Below the pieces are notes generated by a model. The model was given only the letters and a program-made list of their open reading frames with translations, did no database searches and was not told the DNA's origin. Source: a virus (Duplodnaviria > Caudoviricetes). From it: 64,000 bases of DNA. The DNA is taken from positions 15,222 through 79,221 of IMG/VR virus record IMGVR_UViG_2974512403_000001; one strand, given 5' to 3'. How positions within the stretch are numbered: position 1 is the first letter of the stretch; the number at the start of each line of letters is the position of its first letter. Positions 58,963 to 64,000 of this stretch are shown here, in pieces. A program made the position numbers and the translations under genes.

Positions 58963-59143
58963 AATATGTATGCCCGACACACTGGCGCCTGTAGCACCGT
59001 GTTATCAGGGCTTTATCTATCTCAACCGAGGCTAGACCAGATAGATTTGGTTTTTCTACTAGCAAAAGAATGCTTGCCTCCAAAGGCTACTCCATTATGG
59101 AACTTTTACTTTCGGGTGCGCGCTTCTCGGAACTTAAACTATG

Positions 59144-59653
59144 TTATTTGTTATAATTTAATTCGCCAGACAAGAAATCGTTAATGGTTGTTTGCATTTC
59201 TTGCATGAACCCTACCACACTAGCAATTGTGTAGTTTTCAGGAATAGGATCGCCAGCACCGACATATGACAGAAGAATTTGTACTTCCATTCTAAACCGA
59301 TTGAGAATACCTTTGATTGGTTCTAAGAAGTCATGCTCATAACTTAAGATGGAAAAATTTGGAGCTTCATGATTGATTTGTTGGTAAACAATATGAGATA
59401 AGCGATTGTTATATTCATCATCATCAAAATTAATGTCATCGCTAGAGTCATCGCTCTTGTTTGCGTAACTGGCAACCGCTCTCTGAGTCATCCAATCAAG
59501 ATAATAGTAAAGCTTCTTTAGCAAGTTACATGCACTGTTCGCTTGATCATCCGATCGAGCACTGACTTTAATCACATCTAGGTTCAAATCACGTTCTCTT
59601 TGCATCATATGTTCAAAGTTTTCAAGCTGATAAACATTTCTTGACTTTGTCAT
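59144..59653 (-). CDS. hypothetical protein
   Basis: 169-aa ORF, AGGT RBS. Confidence 0.65.
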   Translation of the reverse strand: MTKSRNVYQLENFEHMMQRERDLNLDVIKVSARSDDQANSACNLLKKLYYYLDWMTQRAVASYANKSDDSSDDINFDDDEYNNRLSHIVYQQINHEAPNFSILSYEHDFLEPIKGILNRFRMEVQILLSYVGAGDPIPENYTIASVVGFMQEMQTTINDFLSGELNYNK

Positions 59654-59789
59654 TTTGCATTACCTACCTTTTTATTTCTTAAAATGGGTACAACTCCCAA
59701 AATAAGCATATTACTATGTATCATAAGTGGGTTTTACTACCCCACGTGTATTATATCTAAAATATGTACTGCTGACGTTATGTCAGCTT

Positions 59790-60293
59790 TTAACTGTTGA
59801 TAATTTTCTCTAACTCACTATTGCCACTGCTTCGATCACCAATAGTCATGGCACTCAATTGAGCACGGCTAGATGGAGACAATCCATACTGAACAGCCAA
59901 TGTTCTAAAGCGATCTAAGAACTTAATATGCGTGTTAATGGCCGGATTTTCAACCATTTTGATACCAAATTTTGTTCTTTGCTCAACCATTAATTCGTCA
60001 TTCTTCATTGCTTTGTTGGACTGTTCCATCATAGCCAAACATTCAGCTAAAGCACCCACGCCCATTCTGTCTACATTTGATAGAATATCAACATCGGCTA
60101 AAAGATGGTAGATATAATGATAATACTTTTCAGCAGTTTCCCACCCTTTAATAAAGTCAGGTGCTACATTTACTTCATCATCTTCACCTTTGAGCCGTTC
60201 TTCATCCGCAATACGTGCTCTTAATTCTGATTGAGACTGATTGTGACCCTTGGTTAGAGCAGCGGGTTTTCTTGCATTTGGCAATTTATCCAC
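59790..60293 (-). CDS. terS: terminase small subunit (P27-like)
   Basis: ENPAI...YGLSPSSRAQL motif. Confidence 0.88.
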   Translation of the reverse strand: MDKLPNARKPAALTKGHNQSQSELRARIADEERLKGEDDEVNVAPDFIKGWETAEKYYHYIYHLLADVDILSNVDRMGVGALAECLAMMEQSNKAMKNDELMVEQRTKFGIKMVENPAINTHIKFLDRFRTLAVQYGLSPSSRAQLSAMTIGDRSSGNSELEKIINS

Positions 60294-60297
60294 CTCT

Positions 60298-60750
60298 CTA
60301 AAACGTTAAATCTTTGTCTAAATCTATTTTTACTTTTGTTAAATCCCAGTCGAAATCAATTCCGCCAAGTCCCATAGCAAGGTTACACTCTCGACATAAC
60401 GTAATACAATTTGATTCATCGTACATCAGTGTCGGGAACTTGACCCTTGGTTTAATATGGTGGACAGTTAGATCAGTGTAGACATGCTTATGGAGCTTAA
60501 TTAAGCACCTCTGACACTCGCCACCGTCTCTAAGAATAATTTGTTTCCTAAAAATTCGCCAGCGCTTAGACGTTAACTCTCTGTCTGTGTCACGCTGATT
60601 AATTCTATTCTCCTTGGCAGTTCTATTATTCTTTTTTCTTTTAATTGGGCAATCATGTGTTGAAATGTCAACAATCATGCCACAATAAGGGCATATTTTG
60701 GAGTCCTTACCCGATTTCGTATTCTTCAAGATCATCACCATTAACTTCAA
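60298..60750 (-). CDS. packaging-associated HNH endonuclease (HK97 gp74-like)
   Basis: RDGGECQRC...VHHIKP...TLCRECN; directly upstream of terS; start may be TTG 60729. Confidence 0.85.
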   Translation of the reverse strand: MKLMVMILKNTKSGKDSKICPYCGMIVDISTHDCPIKRKKNNRTAKENRINQRDTDRELTSKRWRIFRKQIILRDGGECQRCLIKLHKHVYTDLTVHHIKPRVKFPTLMYDESNCITLCRECNLAMGLGGIDFDWDLTKVKIDLDKDLTF

Positions 60751-60838
60751 TTAGAATACCGCAATAGGGACAAACAATATATGTGTCTTTCTTGCCTACT
60801 TCGACTGGAGTTGAACATGACGGACATTCTTGTGCCAT
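60707..60838 (-). CDS. 43-aa Zn-ribbon protein
   Basis: MAQECPSCSTPVEVGKKDTYIVCPYCGILIEVNGDDLEEYEIG; GGGGAG RBS; below ORF-track cutoff. Confidence 0.7.
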   Translation of the reverse strand: MAQECPSCSTPVEVGKKDTYIVCPYCGILIEVNGDDLEEYEIG

Positions 60839-60999
60839 GCATCTCACTCCCCTTTAATATGTATTACCAATGCAAAGACTGAAAGAAATCATTGGTATGC
60901 GCTTCCTTGGCAGATTTTTTGAACAATAATGTCCGTCTCTATAACTTTGACGAGTTATGTACGAGAAGATAAAATCTTCTCAGGAGGAATAATGAATGA

Positions 61000-61275
61000 T
61001 TACAGTGATTGAGCAACTGTTCTGCGAGTTTCTAATTTTAATCCAGGCCAAACCGAGTCTGCGAATTTCAATTCACCAGCGGTAGGCGTGTCTTTTACCG
61101 CATCTGATAAGTTGTTATACTGAGAATAACCTGTACCATAAGCGATACCTGCTCCGTAGTCCCAGTTTCTAACAACGGAACGAATAGCATCATATTTTGT
61201 GTCATCATCTAAATCGTAAGATGAAACAATTGTTTGAATTACTTTAATTTGTTGAGTTCTATCCTTTTCTTCCAT
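61000..61275 (-). CDS. hypothetical protein
   Basis: AAGGAG RBS. Confidence 0.6.
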   Translation of the reverse strand: MEEKDRTQQIKVIQTIVSSYDLDDDTKYDAIRSVVRNWDYGAGIAYGTGYSQYNNLSDAVKDTPTAGELKFADSVWPGLKLETRRTVAQSL

Positions 61276-61479
61276 AAATAGTATTCTCCTTTATATAAGT
61301 GCTAAAGCACTAACTGAGAGTAACTCGCTAACGCTCGAACTCTCAGTCTCCTGTCACACGATTAATTAAATGTTATCATGTGGTCGCCAAATGCGACATC
61401 GGGACACCCCTAACGGGACCTCATCACAGCAAGCTGTGCTGATTCCCTTCCCCCTAGCTCCCTACATATATGTCAAAAT

Positions 61480-61530
61480 ATGGTCGAAATATGTACTTTT
61501 TTTTACGTATTTTGTACATATTTCGACCAT
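61480..61530. repeat. perfect 17-bp inverted repeat in late/early divergence (candidate cos-associated or operator site)
   Basis: ATGGTCGAAATATGTAC (61480-61496) / GTACATATTTCGACCAT (61514-61530). Confidence 0.8.
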
Positions 61531-61627
61531 CAATAAAAAATTATTATATTACATTTATATTACAAAAGCAAACATTGATTTATAAGCATTATTTGTATTA
61601 ATCGTTTATTATGATAATTTTTTATCA

Positions 61628-61656
61628 TTGACAATATCGTGATAATGAATTATTAT
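61628..61656 (+). promoter_or_regulatory. rightward sigma70-type promoter
   Basis: TTGACA-17-TATTAT. Confidence 0.65.
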
Positions 61657-61683
61657 ATATACATAAAGAAAGAAGGAATAAAA

Positions 61684-62307
61684 TTGGGAAAAGAAACATC
61701 CAAAAGTGATTTTGACGAAAATCAAGTTGTAGAAGGATTTTTAAATGGAGGCATGTTGCAATATGATGCGGGTGTAATTGAACATCTTGGGACAAACGAA
61801 GAAATAATTAGATATGGAATGCTTGCACCCTCATCACCAGAGGCACAAAAGCTCTCGTATATCTTATATGGAATTATGAATGAAAAAGATCTTTCTCAAA
61901 GTGAGAGCGATTATCTTGATAGTATTGACAGCAGATTTATTGGACATATAAAGAAGTCCGATCTATCAAATAGAGAGATTGTCTGCTTATTCTTGAACAC
62001 TTACTGGGATTGGTCAAAACTTGAATGGACAAATGATAGAACGACATCTGTCGTTATTAAGGATTTGTTCAAGGATTATTCAAATTTCTGTGCAAAGAAC
62101 AGGTTCGGAATTCATAACAGAAGAATGAAATATGATAATTTTAAGCTATATTTGTCAAAATATGGAAATGTTAAAAGATACCGAAAAAACAGTGGTGGAA
62201 AAATCACAAATGTACTAGTAATATCAAATCTTCCAGCTTATAAAGAATCATTAACAGAAACTCCAGACTTTGATCTATCTAAGCACACAGAATTAAAACA
62301 AGCATAG
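61684..62307 (+). CDS. hypothetical protein, possible C-terminal winged-helix DNA-binding domain
   Basis: likely TTG 61684; KDLFKDYSNFC...FKLYLSKYG resembles primase C-terminal winged helix (weak). Confidence 0.55.
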   Translation: MGKETSKSDFDENQVVEGFLNGGMLQYDAGVIEHLGTNEEIIRYGMLAPSSPEAQKLSYILYGIMNEKDLSQSESDYLDSIDSRFIGHIKKSDLSNREIVCLFLNTYWDWSKLEWTNDRTTSVVIKDLFKDYSNFCAKNRFGIHNRRMKYDNFKLYLSKYGNVKRYRKNSGGKITNVLVISNLPAYKESLTETPDFDLSKHTELKQA

Positions 62308-62356
62308 ACAAAACGTCAATTAGTGTTATAATATAGAATATTAGGAGGTAATAAAT

Positions 62357-62527
62357 ATGTTTAATCAAGGGGCTTTTCATTTCTTTGTTATGGTAATCAT
62401 CTCACTTATCATTATGGCAATTATTGCTGTATTTATAATGGTTTGTGCAGTGTTACCGCATGTGTTAGCAATTGTATCTGTAACGCTTGGATCTATTTGT
62501 TACGCTTGTGGTAAACTATTTAAATAG
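62357..62527 (+). CDS. 56-aa hydrophobic membrane protein
   Basis: AGGAGG RBS; below ORF-track cutoff. Confidence 0.65.
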   Translation: MFNQGAFHFFVMVIISLIIMAIIAVFIMVCAVLPHVLAIVSVTLGSICYACGKLFK

Positions 62528-62538
62528 GAGGAAGCAAA

Positions 62539-62892
62539 ATGATTAATAGTGTGAGACTTTGGAGCGAATATTATAAAGAATATGTCGACTGGTACGATGG
62601 GGTTATGGTTGATCGTAAGGGTAAAATGTATTACAACGACGGAGTTGCTAGTGATGGAGACATCGGAATTGTTTATGAATGGTGTACAGGGATCAAAGAT
62701 ATTAATGATAAATATATCTTCACTGGCGATATTATCAAGACTAAAGCCGGACGTATTCAGATTGTTAAGCAGGGCATATTATCATCAGATGAAGACAACA
62801 TTATTAGCGGATTTTATGCAGAAGATACAAAAAGTGGTGATCCATATACGTTTAGCTCCCACGATGAAGTAATTGGTAATGTGCACAATTAA
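62539..62892 (+). CDS. YopX-family protein
   Basis: EWCTGIKDINDKYIFTGDII...EVIGNVH. Confidence 0.8.
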   Translation: MINSVRLWSEYYKEYVDWYDGVMVDRKGKMYYNDGVASDGDIGIVYEWCTGIKDINDKYIFTGDIIKTKAGRIQIVKQGILSSDEDNIISGFYAEDTKSGDPYTFSSHDEVIGNVHN

Positions 62893-62917
62893 TAAAAAAT
62901 ACTGGAGGTAAACGATA

Positions 62918-63346
62918 ATGATTAAGTTTAGAGGGGTTCCATTAGATGATTATAGTCATGATGCTAATGTCGACTTTGATGGAACATTTATTTATGGAAA
63001 TTATGAAAAAGTAGGTGACGATGTATTAATTTCTAGTGGAAAATTTGATTTAGAAGGAGTATTTGTTCCAGATTTATTTGCAAAAGTAGATCCTAAGACA
63101 GTGGGACAGTTTACTGGTCTGAAAGATATTAATGGCAAGGAAATTTATGAAGGCGACATTGTTCGTATATTAAGTATCAATGTGATAACTGATGTTAAGT
63201 ATATGAGAGATGGTTATACTCCAGAATTTGAAATAGACAGGCAGAAAGTGTTTGATGATGAAAATGTTTTAGGAGAAGCGGCGTTTGAAGGCGATATTGA
63301 AGTTATTGGTAACGTTCATGATAACGCAGAATTATTGGGGGAATAA
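62918..63346 (+). CDS. YopX-family protein
   Basis: MIKFRG...TVGQFTGLKDINGKEIYEGDIV...EVIGNVHDN. Confidence 0.88.
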   Translation: MIKFRGVPLDDYSHDANVDFDGTFIYGNYEKVGDDVLISSGKFDLEGVFVPDLFAKVDPKTVGQFTGLKDINGKEIYEGDIVRILSINVITDVKYMRDGYTPEFEIDRQKVFDDENVLGEAAFEGDIEVIGNVHDNAELLGE

Positions 63347-63348
63347 TA

Positions 63349-63597
63349 ATGAGCGAGAGCAAAAATCAAATTTGTAGTTTTTGTAATAAAAATAGTTCGA
63401 TTGTGTCCAAAGAGGACGATGAGATTTGGTATCTTGACCCGAATACTGCATATGGAAAATCCTTTAGAACTCATAATCACGAGAATGTCCAAGTGGATAT
63501 TAATGATTCAAAATATCCTGACGCACGACCGGGTGACAGCACTAGCGCTGGGTTTTGGTTTGATTATTGCCCAAAGTGTGGGCGGAAACTAATTTAG
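63349..63597 (+). CDS. small Zn-finger hypothetical protein
   Basis: CSFC...YCPKCGRKL. Confidence 0.7.
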   Translation: MSESKNQICSFCNKNSSIVSKEDDEIWYLDPNTAYGKSFRTHNHENVQVDINDSKYPDARPGDSTSAGFWFDYCPKCGRKLI

Positions 63598-63606
63598 GAG
63601 ATAATA

Positions 63607-63840
63607 ATGACAATTAATTTAAAAGTTGGAAACGTATTTCATATTGAAGATCCAGAAAACCACGTTAGAATCAATAATAAGGATTACATGGTTGTTAAAG
63701 ATGCGACAGGATGGACTAAAAGATTCTTTGTAGTAGACCTAGCTGGATCACGGGTCTTAGAAAGCTTTAAATCATTGAATGACATCAACAAGTTTCTAAA
63801 AGACGCTTGGGATAAATATGATGTTGTTGTAGTGAATTAA
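63607..63840 (+). CDS. hypothetical protein
   Basis: AGGAG RBS. Confidence 0.6.
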   Translation: MTINLKVGNVFHIEDPENHVRINNKDYMVVKDATGWTKRFFVVDLAGSRVLESFKSLNDINKFLKDAWDKYDVVVVN

Positions 63841-63846
63841 GATGTT

Positions 63847-63869
63847 GGCTGCTTAAATGCAGCTTTTTT
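63847..63869 (+). terminator. intrinsic terminator
   Basis: GGCTGC-TTAAAT-GCAGCT + T-run. Confidence 0.75.
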
Positions 63870-63879
63870 AATAAAATTG

Positions 63880-63908
63880 TTGACATCAAAAAATATATGC
63901 GTTAATAT
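63880..63908 (+). promoter_or_regulatory. sigma70-type promoter
   Basis: TTGACA-17-TAATAT. Confidence 0.65.
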
Positions 63909-64000
63909 TAAGTCAATCAAGGAAGGATCGTGTTGAGGATGGGTAAGTGTGCCCTGATGAGCCAAAAAATTGTGTTTCTCAAATCTCTGAACTAGGATTT

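Noticed and set aside
58200-59140. Theta/HDV-like ribozymes downstream of tRNAs, tmRNA, or phi29-like pRNA
   Set aside because: No HDV L3/J4-2 consensus, no Ala identity or tag ORF, and HK97-type motors are not known to need pRNA.
58443-59184. Short ORFs in the ORF track over the RNA cluster (and 8134-8328)
   Set aside because: They overlap tRNAs or structured RNA and lack RBSs.
31732-60981. Hairpin-TACATA elements as ordinary intrinsic terminators or T4-like -10-only late promoters
   Set aside because: No U-tracts; the motif abuts RBSs in some copies; the depletion is strand-specific. The promoter model is disfavoured but not formally excluded.
63950-63975. CTGATGA resembling a hammerhead core
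   Set aside because: No stem II plus GAAA core visible, and the window ends shortly after.

Overview
The whole window is phage DNA: a large, AT-rich siphovirus with HK97-type head genes, probably infecting lactobacilli (inferred from the holin, GH25 lysin, DUF1617 and PnuC gene styles). Layout: leftward replication block 1-7734 (RecJ-like, primase, DnaB-like helicase, deoxynucleoside kinase). A roughly 0.75 kb highly structured non-coding RNA follows at about 7850-8650. A rightward early/middle block spans 8763-30436 (HNH, SSB, Sak4-like ATPase, phosphoesterase, PnuC, NrdH, two DNA methyltransferases, one with an intein, an orphan MazF, a LysM protein, tRNAs, DnaE). A leftward late block spans 30472-61275 (packaging, head, tail, lysis, tyrosine recombinase), with a 1 kb cluster of tRNAs and unexplained structured RNAs between terS and terL. 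A candidate cos region and more early genes end the window. The strongest unexplained signal is a recurrent 'stem-loop followed by TACATA' element at 12 late-strand gene or RNA boundaries and in front of the phage's own antitoxin-less mazF. TACATA is nearly absent from sense-strand CDS by manual scan. This suggests a domesticated MazF used as a phage transcript-processing nuclease (inference, untested). Other highlights: a shared CCC-AGY +1 frameshift signal in the tail tube and tail chaperone genes, homologous +1-frame tails on capsid and tail tube, ATC/ATT starts for portal and protease, and tRNA-like RNAs lacking a normal anticodon arm. All structures and counts were obtained by eye, without tools.
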